Assembly (NCBI RefSeq): GCF_958445495.1
Contig: NZ_CAUCSQ010000019.1
Location: forward strand, 7,789 to 71,788
Source: an uncultured Bacteroides sp.
GTDB lineage: Bacteria > Bacteroidota > Bacteroidia > Bacteroidales > Bacteroidaceae
Reading direction: 5' to 3'
Length of the DNA: 64,000 bases
In this document: positions 48,201 to 56,570 of the stretch, piece by piece
Position numbering within the stretch: the stretch's first letter is position 1
Layout of the letters: every line of letters begins with the position of its first letter
The notes under the pieces: model-generated
Database searches by the model: none
What the model saw: only the letters and a program-made list of their open reading frames with translations
What the model was told of the DNA's origin: nothing
Program-made: the position numbers and the translations under genes

Positions 48201-49173
48201 CGCCAAGATACTGGTTGAGCTGCACAAGGGGAAGATTGGTGCTTATACCAATCCTTCGGGGGAAGGGGCTACATTCTACTTTGAACTTCCTGTGTCACAG
48301 GAACAAAACAACCCGATGCCTGAAAACAAGTCTTATTTGAATGAATTGCTTTCTTCCCAGCCGGCAAATGATATCGATATTCCCGACCAAGGGATTATAA
48401 ACTCCATTAACCCCAAAGAATATACGATTCTGGTAGTAGATGATAATATGACTCTCGTGAATTATATCGCCGATGAGCTGAAGGGGGTTTTTAAACGGGT
48501 ACTGACGGCAAATGACGGCAAAACGGCTTACCGGATGGCTTGTGACGAAAAACCGGATATTATCGTCAGCGATGTCATGATGCCAGGCATGAACGGGTAT
48601 CAATTATGCCAGACCATCAAGGAAGATATCAGCGTGAGCCATATTCCCCTTATCCTGTTGACGGCAAGGAGCGATGATGCCAGTAGAAAATACGGATACA
48701 TGCTGGGGGCGGACAGTTATTTGGAAAAGCCGTTTGACATAAGCCAATTGACGGGCAAGATATTGAACAAGCTTTACAACAGGATGCAAACCCGGAAACA
48801 TTACCAGCAAGTGGGTATTTATCTTGCACCTATCGAAAACGACCTTACCAAGACGGACAGCCTTTTCATGGAGAAGCTGAATAAAACGATTGTGGATAAC
48901 TTGGATAATCCTCAATTGAACATTCCTTTCCTTTGCACCCAAGTGGGAATGAGCCGTGCTTCGTTATATAATAAGCTGAAAGCCATTGCCGGTATGGGGG
49001 CGAATGATTACATCAATAAAATCCGTATCGAGCAGGCCATAAAACTTATTAAAGAGACTGATTTGAACTTTACGGAAATTTCCGAGAAGGTCGGCTTCGC
49101 TTCTTCACGATATTTCAGTACGGCTTTTAAGCAATATACGGGAAAAACTCCGACACAATACAAGAAAGAGTGA
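45205..49173 (+). CDS. Hybrid two-component system sensor kinase / response regulator with AraC-type output (HTCS), probable regulator of PUL2
   Basis: About 1320 aa. Periplasmic beta-propeller Reg_prop repeats (GLIWLATANGLARYDG, IWAGTDGGGVNI, IWIGTDGGGINR), TM segment (WWFIAIMGILFSAMLSAAVFTIL), H-box ISHELRTPLT, HATPase (GGSGIGLSYAK), receiver (ILVVDDN...VSDVMMPGMNG) and AraC HTH at the C-terminus. The start is 45205 or 45226; I reject the track start at 44959 (TTG). Confidence 0.9.
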   Translation: MLKHLTIMRNKSPYRHICLLFICFSALISQVYAKAGFSYAKIGMHQGMPSYINYVYEDSGGLIWLATANGLARYDGKELKPYPTFVPDSILHNKQIIQVIEDENKQLWILTYNGIARYDKACDCLTPYMLEGKTILAGAVCKTEDGLIFGGRGKLYRYFYRSDEMEEIRVSPATNDFFIERMQFWDRNTLICSDRKNNKLLLYDINVKNLQPVPFSETNIYADLCVDGNGHLWLTDYNNGIKKISRTGEVLAHYTTRNSKLSSNLVLCITLIDGKIWAGTDGGGVNIIDPVNGQVDVLEHESGNVHSLPVNTILHIHQSKNNNIWLGTARGGLVNVRKTYMKTFSSVPLRNAKGLSENTVLSLFQEPGSEFIWIGTDGGGINRLDTGKNEFKHYPGTWGDKIVSICGYSTDELLISIYSEGFFLFNKKTGKRRPFLPLRFKSDNYIKYSRNSSNVYNETANTILLLTNPVIRYYQADGRMEEVENNLPVIPQRMICAIGSDERFSYFHDTQTIYKLEKKGKDLYPVFHSDTAYFINAVAWDRKGTYWIASNRGLYVYQEGGKPTRLGDSLFQETKSVLCDNKGNVWIGAGQNLFSYHPREQKFRLYGESDGLSKNEYLSKPVLLANDQNIYMGGVNGLLCIDADIKDLQQTEDKDLPVLLMDFFVGEENRMYELKNGKIVLPWDSRNIKLRFLVSGDDILRSRMFRYSLDEKYANTLTSYDTELNISSLVSGSYPVCVSYTKKDGRWSARQQVLTLVVLPPWYKSWWFIAIMGILFSAMLSAAVFTILRRKSNRVKWMIKEHERQIYEEKVRFLINISHELRTPLTLIYAPLKKMVDSIQPGDSHYKQLLMVFKQSQRMKDLINMVLDARKMEVGMARLNMGSYHLNRWIRETCVDFIDDEDNNTVIFDYTLDERIGNVTFDKEKCVVILSNLLVNAIKHSPERSVVTIRTELSDNRQNVRISVSDQGPGLENVDTDRLFTRFYQGDNEQGGSGIGLSYAKILVELHKGKIGAYTNPSGEGATFYFELPVSQEQNNPMPENKSYLNELLSSQPANDIDIPDQGIINSINPKEYTILVVDDNMTLVNYIADELKGVFKRVLTANDGKTAYRMACDEKPDIIVSDVMMPGMNGYQLCQTIKEDISVSHIPLILLTARSDDASRKYGYMLGADSYLEKPFDISQLTGKILNKLYNRMQTRKHYQQVGIYLAPIENDLTKTDSLFMEKLNKTIVDNLDNPQLNIPFLCTQVGMSRASLYNKLKAIAGMGANDYINKIRIEQAIKLIKETDLNFTEISEKVGFASSRYFSTAFKQYTGKTPTQYKKE

Positions 49174-49218
49174 TGCTTGCAGGACAGGATATTCTCTCTG
49201 TCGGAAATGAAACATTAC

Positions 49219-49251
49219 GCCCGCCCATCGCTACGAAAGCAATGGACGGGC
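49219..49251. terminator. Stem-loop between the convergent HTCS and GH30-like genes
   Basis: GCCCGCCCAT (49219-49228) / ATGGACGGGC (49242-49251): a 10-bp stem with one mismatch. Confidence 0.4.
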
Positions 49252-49339
49252 ACATAAATATACCGTTTTCTAAAGGAAGCGAAACAGAAAGCGGAGTTTT
49301 ATTTTCAAGACTTTCCCGTATAAAAAAGAACAGAGGCAG

Positions 49340-50923
49340 CTAGTCCGACGAAAGCATAGTCATGACAGAACGCGCCGGAATCCGGATTTCCTTTCCGCTT
49401 TTCACTTTCCCTACCGGCAGCAAATCTTCCCCTTCCTTATCGGATGTCCGATACATCTGCCATTGCCTGTTTCCGACCTTATCTTTGCGGATAGAAAACT
49501 CCTTTTCCTCATCAGCATAGTTAATAACCACCATTACGTATGTTCCGTCTGTATTCTTATATGCAGTACACATCAATCCCTGTTGGTCGGTATCGCCGCC
49601 GGGGAGCAACGTTTCTGCCTTGTCGAAAGCCGAAACGGATAACCGCACCGCTCCCGGACGGATAAAACGGCTATAATTGCCTAAAGCCCACATTAATTTA
49701 GAGTCTTCCACCCTGCCATCCAGGAAATTATCCTCCGCAGTATATTCACGAATCAACCCGTCTTTGTAATCACCGCCGACAGCCCGCCACCATTGCCAGC
49801 TTTTTGCTCCGGCATACACGATATCATGATGAATTATGCGGGCTACGTAAAGCGCGGTCTTCATCGTGCGGTCAAACCCGTTTCCACCGCCGATTTCCTC
49901 GTCATTGCCCATGATGCAGGTCTCCGTCTGCCAGAAGCCGACCTGATGTTTATCTAAGGTATCCCGCAACTGGCAGCGGATATTACGCAATTCGCTCAAC
50001 GGTGTTGTTGTCCAATAGCTATGACCGAGCATCAGACGGGGAACATTCGGAGTATTTCCCAAATATGTATCCACACTATCCGGACAGAAAAAAGCCTGAA
50101 TCTGGTATCCGCGTTGCCAGTCCGTTTCGTGAGTGCGGAACATACAACGGTAATCGGAAGATTCATTCACCAGAATCCGGGTATCCATGTTCCGGCTTAC
50201 GAACTCTTTACTCAACAGGCGCACCGTGCGGGCTATTTCTTTGTTTGTCGCCGGACATCCTTCCTGCTTCGGCCCTACCCAGTTCCAATGTCCGTCCGGT
50301 TCGTTGAAAGGGCAGATATAATCGAACTTGATGCCATCGTGCTTTTCAACCCCTTGTATCACATCCGCCAGAAAACGGACAAATTTTTCATAACAATCCG
50401 GTTTCAGGTTCGCTGTACCTCCGCGGCCGGTATTGGTTGCCAACCCGTTTTGCGTATAATACACGGGGGGAGAATTCAGAAATGCCAGGAATTTGCCGAC
50501 TCCCCGTTCTTTCGCCAGTTTCAGGAAATTGCGCTGTCCTTGTTGCTTGTTCCAGTCATACGTTCCGTCCGCATTCAGAAAACACTCGGCACGCATCCAG
50601 GGAGAGGCTATCTGGCTGGCTTCTCCCTGTTCCGCACTGCCCGCCCCGACATTGAAACGCCAAAGCGACAAACCGATACCTTTAGGCTTTCCGTCCGCAT
50701 CGTTCTCCGTGCTGAACAGCCAATCAGCTATCCGCTCCCGTTTCTCCTGCGGCCAAAGCCCGATGAATTGCATGCTCCAAGCATCGGAAGCACCGAAATA
50801 ATCCATCGTCTGGCAAGGTTTATCCGTTTCTATCCGATAATTGACGGCAGCAGGCCGGGAGCCCCTCACTGCTGCGCTTATCCAGAAAAAACTTAAAGCG
50901 ATTAAAATTATTTTACCTTTCAT
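49340..50923 (-). CDS. GH30-like glycoside hydrolase (COG5520-type), secreted
   Basis: 527 aa with a signal peptide. Motifs: MDYFGASDAWS, ICPFNEPDGHW (acid/base context), GFWQTETCIM (nucleophile context). Confidence 0.7.
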   Translation of the reverse strand: MKGKIILIALSFFWISAAVRGSRPAAVNYRIETDKPCQTMDYFGASDAWSMQFIGLWPQEKRERIADWLFSTENDADGKPKGIGLSLWRFNVGAGSAEQGEASQIASPWMRAECFLNADGTYDWNKQQGQRNFLKLAKERGVGKFLAFLNSPPVYYTQNGLATNTGRGGTANLKPDCYEKFVRFLADVIQGVEKHDGIKFDYICPFNEPDGHWNWVGPKQEGCPATNKEIARTVRLLSKEFVSRNMDTRILVNESSDYRCMFRTHETDWQRGYQIQAFFCPDSVDTYLGNTPNVPRLMLGHSYWTTTPLSELRNIRCQLRDTLDKHQVGFWQTETCIMGNDEEIGGGNGFDRTMKTALYVARIIHHDIVYAGAKSWQWWRAVGGDYKDGLIREYTAEDNFLDGRVEDSKLMWALGNYSRFIRPGAVRLSVSAFDKAETLLPGGDTDQQGLMCTAYKNTDGTYVMVVINYADEEKEFSIRKDKVGNRQWQMYRTSDKEGEDLLPVGKVKSGKEIRIPARSVMTMLSSD

Positions 50924-50937
50924 ACCTATTATATAAG

Positions 50938-52902
50938 TTAATATAAACTTTTCAAAATGCCTCCTCCCTGCGGCTGAACATTGAAGCGGAATTTACCGTT
51001 CGATTTTATATTGCATTGTTCCAGTTGCGGTTGTAACTGTTTGCCATCGCTATAGAAAGCAACGGTCTTCCCTGCGAACATCGGGAGTTCGAGCTCCAAC
51101 TCCAACGTTTCCCCGGTGGCGTTCACCGCCGCCAGATACCAGCACTCTCCGGAACGCCGCGCAAGCACTACGTATTTGCCGGGATAACCGTCTATAAAAC
51201 AGGTTTCATCCCACTCTGTAGGCACATGTTTCATAAAATCAAGACAGATTTCAGGAACGTCGGTCAAATTGTTAGGCGCCAGAGCAAAATTCTGAATCGG
51301 ATTCTGGTAGAGGACGGCAGTAGCCAGTTGGAACACATCGGTAGTCCGGCGCGTGGTTCCCCCGTCATTTCCCCTATTCAGACGCTTGTTCAAGAAACAA
51401 CCGCCAAATTCCATAGAACCGACAGAGTTACGTATAAACGGGTGCAGGCAGGCGTTAAAAGCTTCTTCGTCGCAAAAATGCTGGTTGAATACCATATTTT
51501 CCGAAGCCAATACGGCCTCGCTGCCTACGTAATTCGGATACATCCGTTCCCAACCGCGCGGTAATGTACAACCGTGAAAAATTACCATTAATCCGTAATC
51601 GTCCGCATCGCTCAGGATAGCTTCGTACAGGCGCATCGTTTCTTGCTTGTCTCCACCGAAAAAGTCAACCTTGATACCTTTCACTCCCCGGCTTTTCAAC
51701 CATTTCATTTCCCGTTTACGCACGATAGGGTTATCCATAAGGTTTACAGGGCCTTGTTCGATATCATTCCAATAACCGCTGGAGCTATACCACAAGAACA
51801 CATCCACCCCCTTATTGCGGGCATATCCAATCAACTGCTCCATGCGTTCGTGGCCGATGTTCGTATCCCACCAGTTATCTATCAATACATATTCATAACC
51901 CATGGCGGCCGCCAAATCGACATAGCGCACCTGGTCGTCATAGTTGATGCTTCCATCCTGCCAGAGTATCCAACTCCACGTTCCGCGCCCCATGCGATAG
52001 GTATGTTCCGTTTCGTACAACGGCTCAACCACATCCCACGGAACCGTAGTTTCCACAATAGGTTTCAAAGTCTCTCCTACGGTAATAGTGCGCCAAGGAG
52101 TAGAACCCGGCAGGGAGAAAGCCGGCGCTACCGTCCCATTGCCGTTATTTTCTTCAGGCATGGGGAAAGCAACCGTATAGAGGTTTCCTTCCTTTACGTC
52201 GCTCAGGTGGGAAGCGCAATAGCGGCTGTCCACTCCCGTTTCACTGACAAGCACCCAGCCGTCGTTCCCCACTTTGAACAGACAGGGAAATGTATATCCG
52301 TGCCCATATTGCGAACGTGCTTCCATCGGAGCGTCTGCCTTATATTCTTCTTCATAACTGGGTTTGGTACGTTTCCACCCTATCATGGCATCGCTTTGCG
52401 GACAAAGGAAAGTGGTGGTCCCGGCCGGAAAACGGAAACCGGTTTCCTCACTGTTCACGATGACGCTTCCCGTATCTCCCTGGCGAGGCAACGTATATCG
52501 GAAAGCTACGTCATTGTTACTGACACGGAACGTCACGTCTATTTTCCGGCCTTTACCGTTGGCAAAGGAACAAGTCAGCTCATTGGCGCGATAATGTATG
52601 CGGGATGCCTTAATACGCGACTGGACATAAACTTTGTCAATCTGTTTTTCCTGATGTCCCGTCAATTTCATCTCTCCTGCAAAATTTCCCGCATTGGTAA
52701 CCAGCCCCAACGGGGAAGATTCAATCAGCTTTTTCCCATTATAAGAGAGGGAATAAGACGCTTTACCCCCTTCCGGACATGCGACCGTTACTTGCAACTT
52801 TCCGTCAGGACCGCTTACAACCACATTTTGTGCAGCCGATGACGACATGAATGCCGCCAATAGAAAAATAAATCCTTTTAACCTGTTCTTCATGATAATC
52901 AT
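50938..52902 (-). CDS. GH97 glycoside hydrolase (alpha-glucosidase / alpha-galactosidase family)
   Basis: 654 aa with a signal peptide. GH97-type N-terminus (SGPDGKLQVTV...SYSLSYNGKKL, FRVSNNDVAFRY). Catalytic-domain strings: GYEYVLIDNWWD and GVKGIKVDFFGGDKQETMRLYE...VIFHGCTLPRGWERMYPN. Confidence 0.85.
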   Translation of the reverse strand: MIIMKNRLKGFIFLLAAFMSSSAAQNVVVSGPDGKLQVTVACPEGGKASYSLSYNGKKLIESSPLGLVTNAGNFAGEMKLTGHQEKQIDKVYVQSRIKASRIHYRANELTCSFANGKGRKIDVTFRVSNNDVAFRYTLPRQGDTGSVIVNSEETGFRFPAGTTTFLCPQSDAMIGWKRTKPSYEEEYKADAPMEARSQYGHGYTFPCLFKVGNDGWVLVSETGVDSRYCASHLSDVKEGNLYTVAFPMPEENNGNGTVAPAFSLPGSTPWRTITVGETLKPIVETTVPWDVVEPLYETEHTYRMGRGTWSWILWQDGSINYDDQVRYVDLAAAMGYEYVLIDNWWDTNIGHERMEQLIGYARNKGVDVFLWYSSSGYWNDIEQGPVNLMDNPIVRKREMKWLKSRGVKGIKVDFFGGDKQETMRLYEAILSDADDYGLMVIFHGCTLPRGWERMYPNYVGSEAVLASENMVFNQHFCDEEAFNACLHPFIRNSVGSMEFGGCFLNKRLNRGNDGGTTRRTTDVFQLATAVLYQNPIQNFALAPNNLTDVPEICLDFMKHVPTEWDETCFIDGYPGKYVVLARRSGECWYLAAVNATGETLELELELPMFAGKTVAFYSDGKQLQPQLEQCNIKSNGKFRFNVQPQGGGILKSLY

Positions 52903-53028
52903 ACAATTTAATATTAATTTAGCGGGCAGGGATAGACTCTTCGGACACCGTGCATTTTCCCGTCACGGTGAAATAAGCAAACAGGCAGACCGCCTGTCTT
53001 TCTTTCCGGAAGGGCATTCTGTTGAAAA

Positions 53029-53053
53029 ATGCCGGCAGTGATACTGCCGGCAT
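53029..53053 (-). terminator. Perfect 10-bp stem-loop between the SGBP-like gene and GH97
   Basis: ATGCCGGCAG (53029-53038) / CTGCCGGCAT (53044-53053) with a 5-nt loop. Two more hairpins lie in the same spacer: CACCGTG/CACGGTG at 52946-52970 and ACAGGC/GCCTGT at 52981-52997. Confidence 0.5.
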
Positions 53054-53126
53054 CCGATTCATCCGTACGGTTATCCGTTAATAACCCGCATCACTTATTT
53101 CCATTTATAGTAGTGCAAATGATAAG

Positions 53127-54476
53127 CTACTCGGCATCAAATCCGTATGCATATATTTCGGATAAAGAAGAGTTGAGCTCTCTATTTCCTTCCGTTATCT
53201 CTACTTTAAAATAACGGCCTTCTGCCGGAGTCTCTAATGTAAAGTTCTGAGTCGTGAGAATCTTTTCCATAGTAAACGTTCCGACTTTTGTCCAATCTTC
53301 TCCATCATCGCTCACATAGAAATTACCGCTTCTCGTATCTCTGTAATCAGCGTGTTGCCTTTGTACCAGACCGAATTGCGTAAACGTATGCGATATCTTG
53401 GTATCAATAACCAGCCAATGAGGAAAGGCTGTGTTACCGCCGGTCTGCCAGGATGAATGCCAATAAGTGGACAAATCACCGTCCAGTGCGCATTCTGGTA
53501 CTCCTTGTCCGGCTCCTTCGCCACTCGGTTCTTCCGTATTGGCTTCTATCGTCCAATCCGTACGAACCAATTCCGGTCCCAGGACGCGGATAGCCCAGAA
53601 ATATACATTGTTGGAAGAAAGCTCAAACATGGAAACGGAATTGATGCGGACAGGCAACATATAATCACCCGGCTCCAACTGCCCGTTCACCGCAACGCTT
53701 AACTCCGCATTTGTCGTACCGGCAGAAAGTGTCATTTCATTTTCGAAAGAATAACTGCCTTCCGGCAAAGCTTTAAAGTTTGTTCCATTCTCTTCATTGT
53801 AAGCTTCACGATAAGAGTCGTCGGCAACGAACTGGCAGGTTATCTCCCAACTGTTTTCCGTATCAAGCCCGAATGCTATTTTTGAGGAAACCGAAGTATT
53901 ATAACTGTAATCGGCTATCGAGACTGCAGAGCTTTCAAACCCCAAAGACGGAGTGACAACTCCTGTTATCTGCAAAAACAATTCGTCTTTCTCATTGTTG
54001 ACAGAATCGTTTTCACTGGTAATCCGCAAAGGCAATACCCATTTGGCATCCTCGTCTCCGGACTCCATGATGGACTCTACTTTATCCGGACTCAACGAAA
54101 TCGAAACTGACTTATAACGTTCTTCGGCCGAGAACTCTACATGGGGCATCTCTATCGAATAACAATCCGCACTTATCAACTTATAGTTCACGGCTTCCGG
54201 ATTGCTGTACTCACTATCAAGCTCTTCCTGGGTCAGAACCTCAACATCCGCACTGGCAGTCGAATTCGGTTCACTGCCGGATTTGAAGATTGAAAACTCA
54301 TATACATTATCTTCTCCTGTTTTATATAAAGCGACTTCCTGCTTACCGCTATTATTCACATACAATATCTTATGATACTGTTCCGGGACCAAACTGCCCA
54401 ATTCATATTCCGATTCGTTGCAGGCGCTCAATAACAACAAGCCTCCTGCCAACAATAATGTATTTCTTACTTTCAT
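53127..54476 (-). CDS. Surface lipoprotein with DUF1735-like N-terminal domains and a C-terminal F5/8 type C (discoidin) domain
   Basis: The start is taken at ATG 54476 (MKVRNTLLLAGGLLLLSACNE). The track ORF extends upstream into SusD. The discoidin motif is ALDGDLSTYWHSSWQ...FPHWLVIDT...FGLVQRQ. Confidence 0.8.
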   Translation of the reverse strand: MKVRNTLLLAGGLLLLSACNESEYELGSLVPEQYHKILYVNNSGKQEVALYKTGEDNVYEFSIFKSGSEPNSTASADVEVLTQEELDSEYSNPEAVNYKLISADCYSIEMPHVEFSAEERYKSVSISLSPDKVESIMESGDEDAKWVLPLRITSENDSVNNEKDELFLQITGVVTPSLGFESSAVSIADYSYNTSVSSKIAFGLDTENSWEITCQFVADDSYREAYNEENGTNFKALPEGSYSFENEMTLSAGTTNAELSVAVNGQLEPGDYMLPVRINSVSMFELSSNNVYFWAIRVLGPELVRTDWTIEANTEEPSGEGAGQGVPECALDGDLSTYWHSSWQTGGNTAFPHWLVIDTKISHTFTQFGLVQRQHADYRDTRSGNFYVSDDGEDWTKVGTFTMEKILTTQNFTLETPAEGRYFKVEITEGNRELNSSLSEIYAYGFDAE

Positions 54477-54495
54477 AATACCCTGTTTTAGATGA

Positions 54496-56544
54496 TTAAT
54501 ATCCGGGAGCCTGTACCATTTGAGGATTACTGTAAAGTTCATCCATATCGCTTCTCGACCATACCGGAAGTAAATATGACCTGTCATACCATTTAAACGG
54601 CTGGTCAATCAGAGTCGGCGTGTTGAATTCTTCAAAACTCGGATTCAGAGTCAAACCGTTCAAGCCGTAACGGGTGCCGGCTTTCAACATTTCGGGAGCA
54701 ATCGCCCAACGCCGCAAATCATAATAACGGTGTCCTTCTTCATACAATTCCACGAAACGTTCATTACGCACCCAATCGGTGATAGTCATTTCCGAAGTCA
54801 AATCGGCTGTCGTCAAATCTCTGATACCGGCGCGTTCACGTATAATGTTCAGATTACTGATAGCCTCTTTTTCCTGTCCTAATGCCGCATAACATTCCGC
54901 CAGATTCAGATAGAGCTCCGCCATCCGGATAAACGGACGTCTTGATGGGTTGTGGGTTCTTGTGCCGTTAGCTCCGAAACGTATGTTCGGGTCAATGAAT
55001 TTCTTCGAGATATATCCGGTACCGGCAATGTTACGTTCGTCGGAAGAACGCCATCCGTTGGTATCGGTATTCTTAAAATTAAGCCAGAGAGGATTTCCGT
55101 TATTGATTTTCTTGGCATATTCGCAACCGTCAAACGCAATCCACGCATAGAAACGTGCTTCACGTCTGGCATTCAGCTTGATGATATCATTTTTTACGTC
55201 CTCGGTATCCAATCCGTCAGAACCGACTCCCGTAGGACTTGACGTGCCCTCATAATAACGTGTGTACCATTCGGACTGCGGATAGAACTCGCTGTCCAGC
55301 TCCGGCAATTCTCCGTTTTCCGTATAGAAATGCTGTACGGCATACAATGTCGGAGCCAATCCGGCCCAGCCTCCTGCCCAACTGCCGTCGCTCTTCTTCA
55401 CCACGCGGTTCGGCAATCTTGAATCCGTTGCTTCTCCACCGTTGGTATAGTCATCGTCAAGGCGTTGTCCCCAGATAATCTCTTTATTTCCGTCGCCTTC
55501 AGTGGCCGTAACCAGGTATTGGAACATACGGACACGTTCCTTGAATTCTTTATTCTTTTCACTGTTCGGGTCGTCCGGATTATCGCTTTCCTTACCCGGA
55601 ATAAAAGGAAGGTCCACACCGTCAAGCGTAGCTTTAGCATTGGCTGTTTCAACATTGAACAATTCATATCCGGCAGCTTCTGCCGCTTGCAACGCCTCCT
55701 GGCAGGCTTTCAAAGCGCGATCCCATTTTGCTGGTTCGTAAGAGCTGCTGACTAACGCTTTTCCATATCCGGGTGTTTCGTAATTCGTATTTTGCCAATT
55801 CGGACTGGGGAAAGAACCGTTCCACAACGGGGAAGCGGCATATAAGAGAACACGGGCTTTCAAACATTTGCAGATTGTAGAAGTGGCGCGGCCCAAATCT
55901 TCCGTCTGTCTTGTTTCCGGCAGGTTTTTGGCAGCTTCGTCCAGTTTGCCGACAATATAATCCACACAATAATCAAAATGTGAACGTCCCGGAATCTGGC
56001 TGTTCGTAATATTCGGGTCCACCTTTTCCGTAATGAGCGGACACGGCCCAAATGCTTGCAGCACACGGAAATGATAATAGGCCTCCAGGAAATAGCACTC
56101 TGCCTTATATCCTGCCTTATCTTCTTCCGTCACCCCCACGGGTTGTAATTCGTCAATCAAGCTAAGGAAATGATGGACATAGCCCAGCCAATTGTAACTG
56201 GGAGTCCAGATATTCATGTCATCGCCTCCCCAACTGTTATAATAAGAAGGCGAAATCGTTCCCCATGCCATTTGTTGTTGATAATCGTCCCACAGCTTAG
56301 GAGACACAATCTCATCGGCAGATTGCTCAAACGCCTTAAAATTGAAAGGATGTATCCTGGGAAGATAACCGTAACAAGTAAACAGGAAGTTCAGTGTCGC
56401 AGCCTCATCTTTCATGGTATCGTCAAAATCTGCTTGTGCAGGCGGAATAACATCCAGATAACTACAGGAAGTCAACAGGCAACAAGGTATCAACAAACCT
56501 CGTAACACTCGGATCATTTTATCTATTAGTTTCATACTTCTCAA
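54496..56544 (-). CDS. SusD/RagB-family lipoprotein (PUL3)
   Basis: 682 aa with lipoprotein signal (CCLLTSCSY). SusD-type features: FLEAYYHFRVLQAFGPCPLI, RMAELYLNLAECYAALG and EGHRYYDLRRW. Confidence 0.9.
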   Translation of the reverse strand: MRSMKLIDKMIRVLRGLLIPCCLLTSCSYLDVIPPAQADFDDTMKDEAATLNFLFTCYGYLPRIHPFNFKAFEQSADEIVSPKLWDDYQQQMAWGTISPSYYNSWGGDDMNIWTPSYNWLGYVHHFLSLIDELQPVGVTEEDKAGYKAECYFLEAYYHFRVLQAFGPCPLITEKVDPNITNSQIPGRSHFDYCVDYIVGKLDEAAKNLPETRQTEDLGRATSTICKCLKARVLLYAASPLWNGSFPSPNWQNTNYETPGYGKALVSSSYEPAKWDRALKACQEALQAAEAAGYELFNVETANAKATLDGVDLPFIPGKESDNPDDPNSEKNKEFKERVRMFQYLVTATEGDGNKEIIWGQRLDDDYTNGGEATDSRLPNRVVKKSDGSWAGGWAGLAPTLYAVQHFYTENGELPELDSEFYPQSEWYTRYYEGTSSPTGVGSDGLDTEDVKNDIIKLNARREARFYAWIAFDGCEYAKKINNGNPLWLNFKNTDTNGWRSSDERNIAGTGYISKKFIDPNIRFGANGTRTHNPSRRPFIRMAELYLNLAECYAALGQEKEAISNLNIIRERAGIRDLTTADLTSEMTITDWVRNERFVELYEEGHRYYDLRRWAIAPEMLKAGTRYGLNGLTLNPSFEEFNTPTLIDQPFKWYDRSYLLPVWSRSDMDELYSNPQMVQAPGY

Positions 56545-56570
56545 TTTATTAATACATTAAATTCATTTTA

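Noticed and set aside
50021-50896. 291-aa plus-strand ORF.
   Set aside because: It is antisense to the GH30-like gene. The composition is low-complexity and no motif is recognisable, so it is a shadow ORF.
51643-52842. 399-aa ORF on the plus strand, one of the longest unassigned ORFs in the track.
   Set aside because: It lies entirely antisense to the well-supported GH97 gene. The translation is Arg/Ser/Pro-rich with no recognisable motifs and a non-ATG start. This is a typical shadow ORF of a coding region.
54477-54608. N-terminal extension of the DUF1735/discoidin ORF (track start 54608).
   Set aside because: It would overlap the 3' end of the SusD gene by 113 nt. ATG 54476 gives a canonical lipoprotein signal peptide 20 nt after the SusD stop.
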